Position numbers and translations under genes: made by a program | The notes under the pieces: model-generated | Databases searched by the model: none | Told to the model about the DNA's origin: nothing | Seen by the model: only the letters and a program-made list of their open reading frames with translations | Source of the DNA: Minutocellus sp. GHC0000111 | Taxonomy: Eukaryota | Direction of reading: 5' to 3' | Length of the DNA: 64,000 nt | Assembly (NCBI GenBank): GCA_977018835.1 | Contig: OZ361261.1 | Coordinates: 930,001-994,000, forward strand | Part shown: positions 24,056 to 35,732 of the stretch, in pieces | Layout: the number at the start of each line of letters is the position of its first letter | Position numbering within the stretch: position 1 is the first letter of the stretch

Positions 24056-26131
24056 CTATTTATTAGAAGGATGACGAGCTGAGGGCTCCATCCCCTTGGC
24101 CGTTTCGTTGAAGTCGATCCTAATTCCAGTGTGCAAGTTTTCGTCACCCAACCTTCCAACAAACTCATTGCTACCACCGGCCTTAATCACCAGGCCCATT
24201 ATCCTCCAGTACTGAATGAAGGCCGAAGCAATTTTGCAGTTAGGCATGCTATCGTAAACGTCCTCGGCAGTGTCCCAGATCTGGTCGGTGGAAATGACGG
24301 AGGTGCCTACCATTTTTCGTGCCCATTCCGAGTGCCGCCGGCTCATCGCGGGGAACACGCTCAAGTCAAGGACGTTGGCGTGAGGCATCTGCGGTGCCTG
24401 TGGCTGCCACGTCCAGCCTTGCTCAGCACAGAAGTTAGTAACAAATTGCGTGAAGGTTCCGTCCTCGTGAGGCCCGGCCTGGTCGCCCTGGATAATAACA
24501 TGGCAATCTTCGTATTGCTTGCCCGGACCGACAAGGTTGAGAATCGCTGGGAAAATAGTCTCCTTGAACACGAGGAGCAAAGAGCATTTCGGATCCTTTT
24601 TGGTGCCTTCGTTCGATCCAGTAACGCAACAATCAACAAGAAACGACTCTCCTTTCCGGCGAAGAGTTTCCTTTGGTGTCCCATCGGGGTTGGTATTTGG
24701 GTACCGTATTGAACCATCAGGCTGTGTTACTGCTTCGCACTGAGCTCGCTCCGCTATTTTAGGAGCTTGAGCTCGTACCAGTGGCAGTTTTACAACCTCG
24801 CACCCATTCTCAAGAGAACCGTCAAAGACAGCGGCAACAAATGCAATGGCCATGACCTTGTTGATGTGGCTCCTGTGAAAGGCCGCGTAATCTCGCTTTT
24901 TCACGCCGACTTCCTCGCAAGCCTTCGCAAAAGCTCGGAGGACGAGACCCCAGAACCATTTCTCATCGTAATGCACGAGGAGAACTCGCTTCTTTCCATT
25001 CGGTAAATTGCCGTTCTCATCCCGAATGTTCCAGAAATTCCGCACGAGCTGAGCAAAGGCCAGATGCTTAGCTTTTTGAGCCTCCGACAGGCGCGGCACC
25101 AGCCGCTCCTTGTAGAAAGTGAAGGTGTCGAATGACTTGAGCCACCGCTCAATCGTCTTGTGCGAGCACCACAGACCAATGTCCTGCTCCAAACCACGGA
25201 ACGATCGCTGAGGATTGCTGGAAAGGGCCGCAACAATGTCGCTCTGTATGTACGGCTGCCTTGCCAAGTGCTCCCGCCTCTTCAGCTCCCACAGCTGCTT
25301 GTCATCGTCGCTGATGGTGTCGCACTCGGTCAGGTACGTTTTGAGCAACTCATTGTCAGCCTCCTTCGATACAGAAGCATGGCAGTCTTCCTTTGCCTCT
25401 CTGCACTTATTGATTGCATGCAGGCGCTTAGCAGCAAAGCACTGCTCAGCCGTCTTGTAATCGTCAATGGTAGACTTTGGCCGAACCGACGAATCCTTGG
25501 GAGCGGGGGTGACAAATGCAAGCTCGGCCTGATCTGCTGGTGTGCCCCGGGCAATGGCATTCTTCCGAGACTCGTTCTGGATGTCTCGCAGCCCATTCTT
25601 GCCCTTCCCCCACGCTCTGCAGAGCTCACGAAAAGTGACCCTCCCATCCGACTGAAACTTCTGCGATGAACTGTTCCTGCTTGAGTGCTGCGTCCCTCCG
25701 GTGCTCTTCAACTGCACTTCCAGAAGCAATCCCTGGGCAAAAAGCATGCTCTTCTCCTCGTCGTTCAATCCCTTCTTGCCTTTGGTTGCTTGATTCGCCT
25801 CCTTTCGAAGATGTCCATCGGCCATGGCCTTTTCATCCTTCCGCTTTTCTCGTTTCAAGGTGTCCCTTAGCCCTTTCAAAGCCTCCTCTGCAGCTTTGCA
25901 TTGCGCTTCGGCCTCAACCAGCAGCACATCCAAATTCTCCTCGGTCGATCCACCAGAGTTGGCGGTGCCGGTAGCAGAAACACCGACACTGGCAGGATTG
26001 CCAGATTCTTCACTGTTGCCGCTTCCATCCACCACCATGGACTCGGCGATGCCCCCAGCTTCGATGTTGTCATCACCAGGACGAGCAGCGATACCAGCAT
26101 TGTCCCTCGACCGTCGGCTCAGGGCTGGCAT
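24056..26131 (-). CDS. Mariner-like DDD transposase
   Basis: VHYDEKWF, IQGDQAGPH, QAPQMPHANVLDLSVFP; 38 residues between the 2nd and 3rd Asp; frame intact. Confidence 0.9.
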   Translation of the reverse strand: MPALSRRSRDNAGIAARPGDDNIEAGGIAESMVVDGSGNSEESGNPASVGVSATGTANSGGSTEENLDVLLVEAEAQCKAAEEALKGLRDTLKREKRKDEKAMADGHLRKEANQATKGKKGLNDEEKSMLFAQGLLLEVQLKSTGGTQHSSRNSSSQKFQSDGRVTFRELCRAWGKGKNGLRDIQNESRKNAIARGTPADQAELAFVTPAPKDSSVRPKSTIDDYKTAEQCFAAKRLHAINKCREAKEDCHASVSKEADNELLKTYLTECDTISDDDKQLWELKRREHLARQPYIQSDIVAALSSNPQRSFRGLEQDIGLWCSHKTIERWLKSFDTFTFYKERLVPRLSEAQKAKHLAFAQLVRNFWNIRDENGNLPNGKKRVLLVHYDEKWFWGLVLRAFAKACEEVGVKKRDYAAFHRSHINKVMAIAFVAAVFDGSLENGCEVVKLPLVRAQAPKIAERAQCEAVTQPDGSIRYPNTNPDGTPKETLRRKGESFLVDCCVTGSNEGTKKDPKCSLLLVFKETIFPAILNLVGPGKQYEDCHVIIQGDQAGPHEDGTFTQFVTNFCAEQGWTWQPQAPQMPHANVLDLSVFPAMSRRHSEWARKMVGTSVISTDQIWDTAEDVYDSMPNCKIASAFIQYWRIMGLVIKAGGSNEFVGRLGDENLHTGIRIDFNETAKGMEPSARHPSNK

Positions 26132-27242
26132 CGGCGTTATTGGATGACGAATTGCGCCGAGCAATTTGAATTTGAGAAATCGGCACATCTTGTGCCGGAT
26201 CAGGACCGGTCTGGCTCGGACAGCACAGCTCCTCCTCTCGGGCTTGCTCCACAACATCCTGCTGTTTCTGAAGTGAGAGGCTCGCCCATGCCCGGTTCGC
26301 TATGGTCTGGATCATCCCAGGAGACTTGCCACGAATCGTAGAGGCATCGATGGTGCCGCTCCGATGGACAAAGCAATCAAAGCATGGGATGGAGCTGCCG
26401 GACCGACGGGAGCGGCGACATGCTGGCGCATCAGCTGCGGTGGCAGCAGCAGTAACAGCCATTTGCATTAATATGGTGTTGGATGCAGCATTTTGTGGCA
26501 GTAGAGCAACAGTTTGTATGTCGGGTGGGTTGGAAATGAGGAAGGTTTCATTGAGTGGCGGGCGCGCCGGGCGGGTGATGATTTTTTTGGCCCGCTCGAT
26601 TTTGGCGCGGGGTCACCCGGACCGCATAAGATACGCCATTGTGGGGACCATGGAGACCGATATCGGAGCTCAAACCATATGGCTACTTGAATCAATGCAT
26701 TTGGGAGGTGGTGGTGGGGTCGGGAGGTGGAGGAGGTGACCACCGGTTGTCATCGGAAAAACTGGCAGAAGTCGGGAGGGGCGATGGATGGGGTGAATCG
26801 GCCAGACGCTGGCATGGGAAGATGAAATCGATATCTCCGAGTCGGTCCAAGGTCAAGGACCAACCCGTTCTGGAGATACCACGCTTATCCCTTGCGTGAA
26901 GCGGATGCCGTCGGCACTGCCGTCACCGCCATCTTGAAGACACAGGATGACAGCAAATAAATGCTGCATGCAAGCTGCGTGCGTTTGTGCTGATTTTTAT
27001 GAGATTTTGCCCAAAGACCCGAAAACCGGGTCCCTGAAACTGCTGTCCGCGACCTCGTATCCAACATGGATCGATCGTTGTGCTGCCGATCAACGATGGC
27101 ACAGATTGTCGAGTCGAGAATTTTAGAATTGCAGAATAGCCTTCTCGACATGATAACATAATGACGCCATAGAAACTTGATTAAAGATAATTTACCGATA
27201 ACACCGACGTCTACAGCACCACCAGTAACGGCATGATGGCAA

Positions 27243-28637
27243 TCACTGCCATGAGACAGGCGTCGCCTTCTTCTTTTTCTTCTTCTTGTGATCGACGGCA
27301 ACACTTCTCCTGAAACTTGTTGAGTGCCTGGTCGTCGAGGTTTCTCTCTCGCTCCCGGATGCTGAGGGTTCCACCTTGGATGATTGAGCAAATCTCTTGA
27401 TTGCCTTGCGCTTCGAGCGACGTACAATCTGACTGACCTGAACCTCAATAGTTTCACAAAACAACTCCAGTGGTAGGTCCACTCGATCGGTGCCAAAGGG
27501 CTCGATGAGCTCGCTGCCCAGCACAATGATCATCATGATAATCAAGGAATCAAATCCAATCAATATTGGGAGAGCCCAACCCACGGTAGGGGCAAAGAAT
27601 ATCGGCGCCAGGATGAAATAAAAGTAAAATATCAAGTGATGCACACCATCGTACGTTGGAGGCAAGCCCGAGGCTCGGATGCGAATGGCATCTCCAATTG
27701 CTCCGCCCAAATTGGTAATTGCTCCATCGACCGCTCGAAACAGTTGCGAGTGAACCTTGTGGTTCGCATCGAACATCATTCCCTTCGGCCTCAGATGCAC
27801 CTCGATGAGGAGCTCACTCAGCATGTCAAGACAATAGTGTGGCTCCCATCCGTCATCTTCGTTGATATCATCCAACTCCTCTCGAGTCAAATATCCTCTG
27901 TCAATGAGCATCTCTCCAGCCTCGGCAGCATCTCCCAAACAATGCCCTCTCAAAAGTGCCTTGGTAGCGTAGGCCAACACGATGACAAATCTCGAAAAAC
28001 GACCGGCAAACTCTTCTCCTTCGTCCACCATCCAATAGTTGGCCATGCGCGTGGCATCCAACGACGTCGATATGATCTTCCCCCACGTACTCCGGCCCAT
28101 GGCCCAACGATCGTAGCATCTGTTGAACCGAAACACGAGTGCAAAGATGAACAGGATGCCAACCAGCCGGAACTTGCCCCCAGCTCCCTCCAACCATCCC
28201 AGCCACGTGTCGGCCCTGCCGCCGGGATCGGTGGCGGCGTTCTCGTGCAGCTCTTCGGCGAACGAGGCGCAGGCGCAGGACCACATGACAACAATGACCA
28301 GGGAGGAGAACAGGAAGATCTTTTGCCGGCGGAAGGATTTGATGACCCGGCGGAACAGCCTGCGGCGGAGGGAGGGCTTGCCCAGGACGTCGAGGGCGAC
28401 CTTGTCGTCCAGAACGCAGGCGACGGAGGCCTGGTGGAAGAGGAGGGGCGGAGAATCGCCTCCGTCTTCGGCATCTGCACTACGCGTACTGTCATTGGGA
28501 CTCATCATCATCTTGACAGCATCGTCGTCGTGTTCTTTCGGAGCGGGAGATCGAGGGTGTGTGTCGCCATTTGACGACGCCGTTGTGCTCATGTTACTGT
28601 CGGATGGCATGCGACCAGTGAGGACTGTAGAGGGCAT
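27243..28637 (-). CDS. Bestrophin-like (UPF0187/Bestrophin_2) anion channel
   Basis: LVFRFNRCYDRWAMGRSTWG, ELIEPFGTDRVDLPLE, several TM segments. Confidence 0.85.
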   Translation of the reverse strand: MPSTVLTGRMPSDSNMSTTASSNGDTHPRSPAPKEHDDDAVKMMMSPNDSTRSADAEDGGDSPPLLFHQASVACVLDDKVALDVLGKPSLRRRLFRRVIKSFRRQKIFLFSSLVIVVMWSCACASFAEELHENAATDPGGRADTWLGWLEGAGGKFRLVGILFIFALVFRFNRCYDRWAMGRSTWGKIISTSLDATRMANYWMVDEGEEFAGRFSRFVIVLAYATKALLRGHCLGDAAEAGEMLIDRGYLTREELDDINEDDGWEPHYCLDMLSELLIEVHLRPKGMMFDANHKVHSQLFRAVDGAITNLGGAIGDAIRIRASGLPPTYDGVHHLIFYFYFILAPIFFAPTVGWALPILIGFDSLIIMMIIVLGSELIEPFGTDRVDLPLELFCETIEVQVSQIVRRSKRKAIKRFAQSSKVEPSASGSERETSTTRHSTSFRRSVAVDHKKKKKKKATPVSWQ

Positions 28638-28951
28638 GTTGTCGATCGGTGGTAGGTTGGCAGCCAATGGAATACGAGGTGAGTGAACAAGGTCCGCATG
28701 GATTGATGGATGATTGCATACCTACATGTACTACGGTACCAATTGGTAGTAGGTAGCCGAGCCAGCTTGATGCCGATTTTTGGCGAAGGAGTCTCCTGTA
28801 GAATGAATTCGGGTTTTGCTGTGGCCGTTTCTTTTGCTTCATTTATTTTTGAGCTTTGGCATGGGCCGGATGCCGCCTCCGGATGACTTGCTCGCTCTTG
28901 GCCGGTCGATTTGCTGCTGAACTCGACTACCGATAAAACTCAACAGTCACC

Positions 28952-31900
28952 ATGGACGGAGACCGGTGGATCTGCCCGTCGTGCACCACGCGGAACAAGG
29001 ACACCAAGCTCCGCTGCGGCATATGCATGCGGTCGAGGCCCAAGGCCCTCCTGACCAAGGCGGCGGCGGCAACCAAAAAGTCGAGTAGCAGTGGTCCACC
29101 TAACGGTTCGAACGCAGGCGGTGCCGGTGGTCGTTCGCTCGGAGCCGCTTCAGCTGACGTGGTAGACCTCACAACGTCGCCTCATCAGACCGGCGGTGCG
29201 GGCAGCGGCCGTCGACCGAGTACCGAGTCGGCCCGAAGCAAAAAGCGGCGAAGGGAACGAGAGCAAGGGCGGGGGTCGGGAATCGGCAGCTCGTCGGTGC
29301 TCTCCTCGTCATCGTCGGCGTCGTCATCCGCATCACCGGCAACCTTGGGCGATAATGGCGTGTCGGTGATTTCCCGCAAGGAGAAGGGTATGGAAGCTAC
29401 GTCATCCAATAGCAATGCAAGCGGTGGAAGGAGTAGCAATGACGACCTACCAAAGCAGAGGCAAGATGTCTCTAAGAAGCAGAAGAAAGGCGGCAGTTCG
29501 AGTAGCAGCAGTAACGGTGCCAAGCGCTCGACTGCATCTATGCAGTCGACGTTGTTTGGCAAGATTGTCACCGGTATCCGTGAGAAGGATGCATCGACTT
29601 TGCCCACGACATCTCGAGCGTACGACAGGCCCAGCAATGACGACGCTACTGCCAAGAAGAATCGTCAAGAGGAGATGAACGCAAGTGATAGCGGGACATC
29701 TACAACTGCGGCTACCAACAACAGCGCTGGCACTGGCAATGTGTTCGTTGAGGGCAGATACCAAGCATTAAAGGCCAAGGCCGATCGCGTCATGAAGGAA
29801 ACATTTGGCATTTCATCTTTGCGGAATTTACAGCCCCAAGCTGTCGATGGTGCTCTCCGTGGGCAGTCTCAGATCATTGTGATGGCCACGGGCGGCGGAA
29901 AGTCCTTGTGCTACCAATTGCCAGCGGCGGTACTGCCCGGCGTAACGGTCGTGGTGTCACCTTTGATTGCGTTGATGCAGGATCAGGTCCAGGCGCTCAA
30001 TGCAAAGGGTATCCCGGCAGCTCTTTATTTCTCGGCCAATGGACAGAGGGAGAATACCGAGGTGCTGCAGCGTCTAGTTGGAAAGAGTGGCAGTAAGAAG
30101 GGCGATAAGAAGAAGCGGGCTGGTAGCACAGGTGGTAATGACGCCGGCCTACCGGCACCCAAACCGCTCAAGCTCATCTATTGCACCCCGGAATTGATTG
30201 AGACGGACAAATTTCGCGCAGTCCTTACGGACCTCTACAAGAGAAGGGAATTGGCTCTGTTTGCAGTCGATGAGGCGCACTGTCTATCCTCATGGGGTCA
30301 TGACTTCCGACCGGCTTTCCTCAAACTCACCTGGGTGCGTCAATCATTTCGAGACGTTCCCATTACGGCATGTACTGCCACCGCTACTCCGCGAGTCATT
30401 GCCGATATTCGTTCGATCCTTGACCTTCCCGATAAGATCGTTCCCTGCCATATGGGCTCCTTTAATAGGCAGAACATTACATATGAGGTTCGTTACAAGG
30501 ACAATATCGACTCGACCAACCCAAGGGGGGCAATGGGAGATCTCACTTCTCTCATTAAGAACGAGCACGAGACTGCCAAGGCTACTGGTGTTCCGGCTTC
30601 TGGCATCGTATACGTGCACAAGCGTGCCGATGCATCTATGCTAGCCCAGCGCATTTGTAGGGAGTCAGGGGTTTCAGCGCGGCCGTATCATGCTGGCCTA
30701 AAAGATAAAGAGAGGAAAAGCATCCAAACACAGTGGACTTCAGGTGCCGTGCAAGTTGTGTGGTGAGTGCTGCATTGTATTTGAATCTTTCACTGCAAAT
30801 GTGCTGGCAGAATAAATTGCTCATCGTGTATGAATCTCTTCAAATCCTATACTTTATTTCTTTTCCAAAAATGCAGCGCAACTATCGCATTCGGTAAGTG
30901 GAAAGGAAATGTTTGGCTAGTGAATTGTTTCCCTTTGTCTTCGGATTTGTCGGTGGCGCTTGTTTCTAACCACTTGATTCATAATTCATTTCATCCTTTA
31001 TCTCCCAAAAGGAATGGGAATTGATTTGGCACATGTCCGATACGTGATACACTGGAGCATGGCCAAAACAGTCGAGGGCTTTTCCCAAGAATCGGGCCGA
31101 GGAGGTCGCGATGGCAATCCAGCTCAATCCATTCTCTACTATTCGAAGGACGATGCCGGACTGTTTGCCTTTATCATCAAGAAGAATGCTGAGGGCAAGG
31201 CTGCCCAGAAAAAGAAGCAGGCGCAAGATGATCGGGCTTTGGCAGAGCTTCAGAAGATGGTGGACTATTGTACCACCGCTTGCTGCCGACGCAAATACCT
31301 ATTGGCTCATTTCGGTGAGAAAATTGATCCAAAGGCGGTCTGTAAAAGGACTTGTGATTTTTGCATCAATCCTCAAAAGACGGAAAGGGCCATCCTAAGC
31401 TCACAGGTTTCGCGGGATGTTGCTAAGATGGTCCAGCGAAGCTCCGGCTCTTTCAAAAAGACACAGGAGTGGGATGGCCAGTGGTCCAAACCGCACGGCG
31501 ATAGTGACGATGAATACGGCAGTGATATTGATGCAGATTTTGATGGCGAATCGAGCCTCGGCATCAAGCGATCTAGAGATATTCTCAAGCCGGAGGCGCC
31601 AAGGCAGAATGTCAAAGCCATCTGCCGCGAAAGGCTTCGGTGGTTTTGTGAAGGCTTCGAGCGTCTTGGATAAGTACGAAAAGATGGAAATGAAGGCGGG
31701 AGGAAAGTCTGGTGGAGGAGGATTCATAAATTTTCGTGCTCGGGACTCTGCGCCAGCTCAGGTACCCGCGCACATGAGGACGAATGCCCCAGATCCTTTG
31801 AGCCATTACAACAAGCCCAAAGCAAAAGCTACTGAAGGAAGTGCAGCAACAAAGTCAAGAATTGAACAGCTAAAGGCTGAGCTTGCCGCTGAGGACGCTG

Positions 31901-31953
31901 AATTGGAAAAGAGACGTGCAAAATTATTCGGTGCTGGTAACAAGAAGAAATAA
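28952..31953 (+). CDS. RecQ-family DNA helicase with an N-terminal RanBP2-type zinc finger
   Basis: WICPSCT..CGIC; MATGGGKSLCYQ, VDEAHCLSSWGHDFRP, TATAT, QESGRGGRDG, RQC Zn motif CRR..CDFC; introns 30763-30876 and 30894-31011; frameshift near 31620. Confidence 0.92.
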
Positions 31954-32015
31954 AAGCATGTAGGAAAGTGAAGGGTGCACAGTATCCTATTTTTACTGTA
32001 AGAAATTTGAGCTAG

Positions 32016-34400
32016 CTAGTTGTTAGTATTTTGAGACAATTTTCTTGCCCACTTGACAGCATCAACAAATGATTGAACTGCTTTTTCAGGAGAAGAAATT
32101 TCTCCGCCGCCCTTGATCCAATTGGATACAACATCAGCCGGGCTTTTTCTGCCATTGATTTTGTTTTCAACGATGCGATGCTCAACTATCTTTCCTCTTC
32201 GATCGACTTTGTAGACTGATCTTAATTCCAACTCCAAGGGGAAACCAAGGGGTGACTGTCCTTGTTCGTCATTATTGGGACCTCTTCGTCTCGGCGATAG
32301 AGATGGTAATAATGAAGGCCCTTCAATTCTCAAGGCAAGTTTGATATCGACTTGAATTGAGCCGTTTGAGAGCAATTCTATTCTTGGCACAATATCCTTG
32401 ACCGATCGAACACTACCAGTGCGAAGAGCGGTTCGAAGGGACCCTATCGACGCTGTGAGTGCTTGGCCATATGCCTTTGTGCCGCGCGCGAGTGTTTCGT
32501 AAAGAAGACCAAGGAGCTCTACTTCTTCGCTCAAAAATTGTTTGGCAGGAGTTAGTGCTGGTGCCGTTGCATCGACCAGAGAGGGGAGCTCTGAGTGAAG
32601 AGTTCGCATAATATTGTAAATTGCCGCCGCAGCTGTAACATCCAGATCTGGTGGTACTTGTTGCGCATTTTTCTTCAGTGCCGGGTCTGCTTGGCCAGTA
32701 GACCTGCTGCCAGCTCGTCCACGAGAGATCCGTTTGAGCACGTCGCCCAATATTTCTCCTCCGGCACCTCCTCGCGAACTTTCAACCGCAGAGATTATCG
32801 ATTGAATCCATACCGCGTCGATAATCTTGTTTCCTCCAACAATCAATTCTTTTTGAATAATATCTCTTATCTCGCCATTTTAATTTAAGTAAAAGACGTC
32901 GGTGCCTTCAACTCTGATTTGAACAGTAGATAACCACCTGACAGTGGCAGTTAGGTTCCCCCAATCAACGGAGATGTCGGCTATTCGCCAAGCATCCGCA
33001 GGGTCGCTTGAAAGCCCGGCATTTTGACGCAATCCCGAGGCAGCTCTGTAGAGGTCAGCCACCCTGCCACTGCCTGATACAAGAGTTGTGCCATCGAACG
33101 CCTTTAATTCGACATCAGACGCAAAGAAATCCCGGAATGATTTGCCATTTGGAATGGGAAAAATCGCTGGATCAATTTCCGCCGCGAGATATGGAATCGT
33201 AGTTTTGACGAACGATTGTAAATGACCATGTGCCAACTCATAGGGTTTCCACTCTTTGCCTCCGGGCAGTGGGTATTGATAATCGAATGAATCTGTCACA
33301 TTCTGGGGGGCAACGTCATTGACCTTCCAGCTAGAACTCGTCTTCCAAATCGTTTCATTGGTTTGCTGCGGGGGCGGAATATCTGCCACGAGCACTGGAA
33401 TTTCTCCTTTTTGTTTCTTTTTCGAGCCCCCATCGCTATCTCGCTCTTCTTGCACATTCTGCCTTTGTCTACTACCATTCGCAGCACTGGCAAGCTCAGC
33501 GAGATTGGTCAATAATGGAGCCGCGGCTTCAGCTGCCTCCAGAACCCAAGGTGAACGCTCGGTAACGCTCCTAACAGTCTCTCTCAACGACGCCAATCGA
33601 GGCCCGATGGCATCGACACTTCTGCCATCTATCTCCACGTGCAATATTTGGTGCTTGGATATCAAACCATCCGCATTGAATGTGAAAACAGACGATCCAA
33701 CTATCTTGGAATGACGCCTTGACGATGACGGATCCTCTCGTCGACTGCGCCTCCTTGTCGCAGAGGAGTCTGGAAGTGCACCAGTCACCGAAACTGGCAG
33801 CGTCGTTGTCCACTTGACATGAAGGACGGACAGCGATGAATCCAGCGTCAGCTCGCAATCCACAAGGTCCATGTCCAGGCCTTGATCGCCAGCATTCTCA
33901 ACTGCGCCCGATGTAGCAGCCGCGAGAAATTGCCCAGCTCTTCGTGCAGTGCCGATGGTAGTTGCAATAGCCTGACTCACAGACATGATTTCTTCTCTGT
34001 CGCTGCCCAATACCTCGCCCTTGGGTCCGATGAGAGCACAGTCCTTGGCGTAGGTTTGCTTGGCCTCGTCGGCCTTGATTGGAACGGTGAGCGTGCGAGG
34101 CAGCTGATGCCGCAGATTGTTGAGGGTGCTATGCACGGCCGATCGGTATGCAAAGTCCTTCTCGGACATGAGACCTGGTATAGAAGAGGCTTCTACTGCG
34201 TCAGCGGCGACATCGTTGGAAGTAACAGCAGACGCACACAAGATGCTTCGCCGGCCGCAATGAGAGGTGGCGGAGGTGGGGGCGGCGACTGCGCTCGGCT
34301 GCTTTGGCTCTCTGGATGTATGTGAGAAGCAGAGCGCCGAGCCCACAAGTATCAGAATAAGTGCGAGGTGCGTAAGCATCGCGTGTGCCGGGTAAGTCAT
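32016..34400 (-). CDS. Hypothetical signal-peptide (probably plastid) protein with NTF2/SnoaL-like repeats
   Basis: Signal peptide ending ALC-FS; repeated 'G.SVF.FN.DG.I..H.I'-like segments; two ORFs joined by a frameshift near 32860. Confidence 0.5.
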
Positions 34401-34678
34401 TGTGCTAAAGCTGCTGCCTTTGCCCTGACATAGCTCCTCACATGTGGCTCCGTTTTGCCATGGTATATATGAGCAGTAGAGGAAAAAGACAAAGGTCTAA
34501 TAAAGGGCGAGAGAGGGAAAAGTCAACAAAAAGGTGGGGGGGGGGGGCACTCTGCCCATGGCGATACGCGATGGCATGTCCGCGGGCGGCCTGCGGCCTG
34601 CGAATGATGTGTGCGTATGCTGACGGGCTGATTGACTATCGGCGGCGATCCTCGCTGCTTATCCCCCACCATTCGACC

Positions 34679-35671
34679 ATGCGACGCATCTCGCTGATCG
34701 CCGCGGCACTTTGGTGTCCAGTAGCCGTCACGTCCTCGGCCGCTGGCCAGGAGACGCTCATCGGCGTCGTCGGACGAGATTTTATCATGCTGGGTGCAGA
34801 CTCCTCCACTTCGTCTTCGGTGGCCCTCACATCCTCCAACCTGGACAAGATAAGGGTTCTGTCGGACCCGTTTCCCACGGGGAGGGATCGTCACGATGAT
34901 GGAAATTGGCTGGCTGAAAGCTGGACGCAGCAGACCATTGCAGCTGCCGCCGCAGGTGCATCGGCAGACTGCGACCGCCTCTTGGACATTTTGGCGGCTC
35001 ACTGCACATTGCGGGAGTATGAGACCGGGGTCGGTTGCGATGTTGAGACGGTATATGATGGGTCAGCAGTCGGAAGTGGTAGAAACGAGAATCATGTTGA
35101 ATGGGGCAGCAACAGCATCGATGCGTCGGCGCCATCTGGGCTGGATGCCGAAGCAGTGGCATACCTGGCTCGATCGGTCATTTCCCAGTCGCTACGGTCA
35201 AGAGATCGATTGAGCCTGTGTTTATTGATTGCCGGCATGGTGAAGACAGATATGAATCTTTGCCTGGCAAATGGTGACGCATCCAACGAAGACACGAGTC
35301 ATTCTGAGAGGTTACGGCGTCAAGTAGAGGCTGCAACATCGACAGTGCTCACCACTGGCACAGATGTTGAACCTTCGGAACCAAGCACAGAAAGCAGAGC
35401 AATGTCGCGAAGACAACATCTCGTCCCCAGAATGTTTTGGCTTGACGAATATGGGTCGATACAACAATTGCAGTACGGCGCGCATGGTTATGCCTCGAAC
35501 TTTGCCCTGTCTATTTTAGATCGAGGGTATCGACCAAATATGTCGCGAGAAGAGGCGATGGATCTGATCAAGAATTGCTTTGAACAGCTCCGAACGAGGT
35601 ACATTATCAATTCGCCCAATCCCCCGCGTATCAAGTGCATCAGTGCCAATGGTTGTGAGTTGGTGCAGTAG
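34679..35671 (+). CDS. 20S proteasome beta subunit (PSMB2/beta-4-like) with an N-terminal signal peptide
   Basis: ETLIGVVGRDFIMLGADSS, AAAGASADCD, YGAHGYASNFALSILDR, EQLRTRYIIN; preceded by MRRISLIAAALWCPVAVTS. Confidence 0.8.
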   Translation: MRRISLIAAALWCPVAVTSSAAGQETLIGVVGRDFIMLGADSSTSSSVALTSSNLDKIRVLSDPFPTGRDRHDDGNWLAESWTQQTIAAAAAGASADCDRLLDILAAHCTLREYETGVGCDVETVYDGSAVGSGRNENHVEWGSNSIDASAPSGLDAEAVAYLARSVISQSLRSRDRLSLCLLIAGMVKTDMNLCLANGDASNEDTSHSERLRRQVEAATSTVLTTGTDVEPSEPSTESRAMSRRQHLVPRMFWLDEYGSIQQLQYGAHGYASNFALSILDRGYRPNMSREEAMDLIKNCFEQLRTRYIINSPNPPRIKCISANGCELVQ

Positions 35672-35732
35672 AAGGACTAGCTAACTCAGCTTTGTATTAT
35701 GAAGCTCAATAGCAACTACAGTTTTCATTTTT

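Larger units (their letters stand above)
22618..27057 (-). mobile_element. Tc1/mariner-superfamily DNA transposon (DD39D-like), ~50-bp imperfect TIRs, TA target-site duplication
   Basis: Left end TA|cgaggtccgggacagcaatttcggggacccggttttttgggtctt; right end reverse-complemented TA|cgaggtcgcggacagcagtttcagggacccggttttcgggtcttt; TA at 22616-17 and 27058-59; contains a transposase. Confidence 0.92.
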
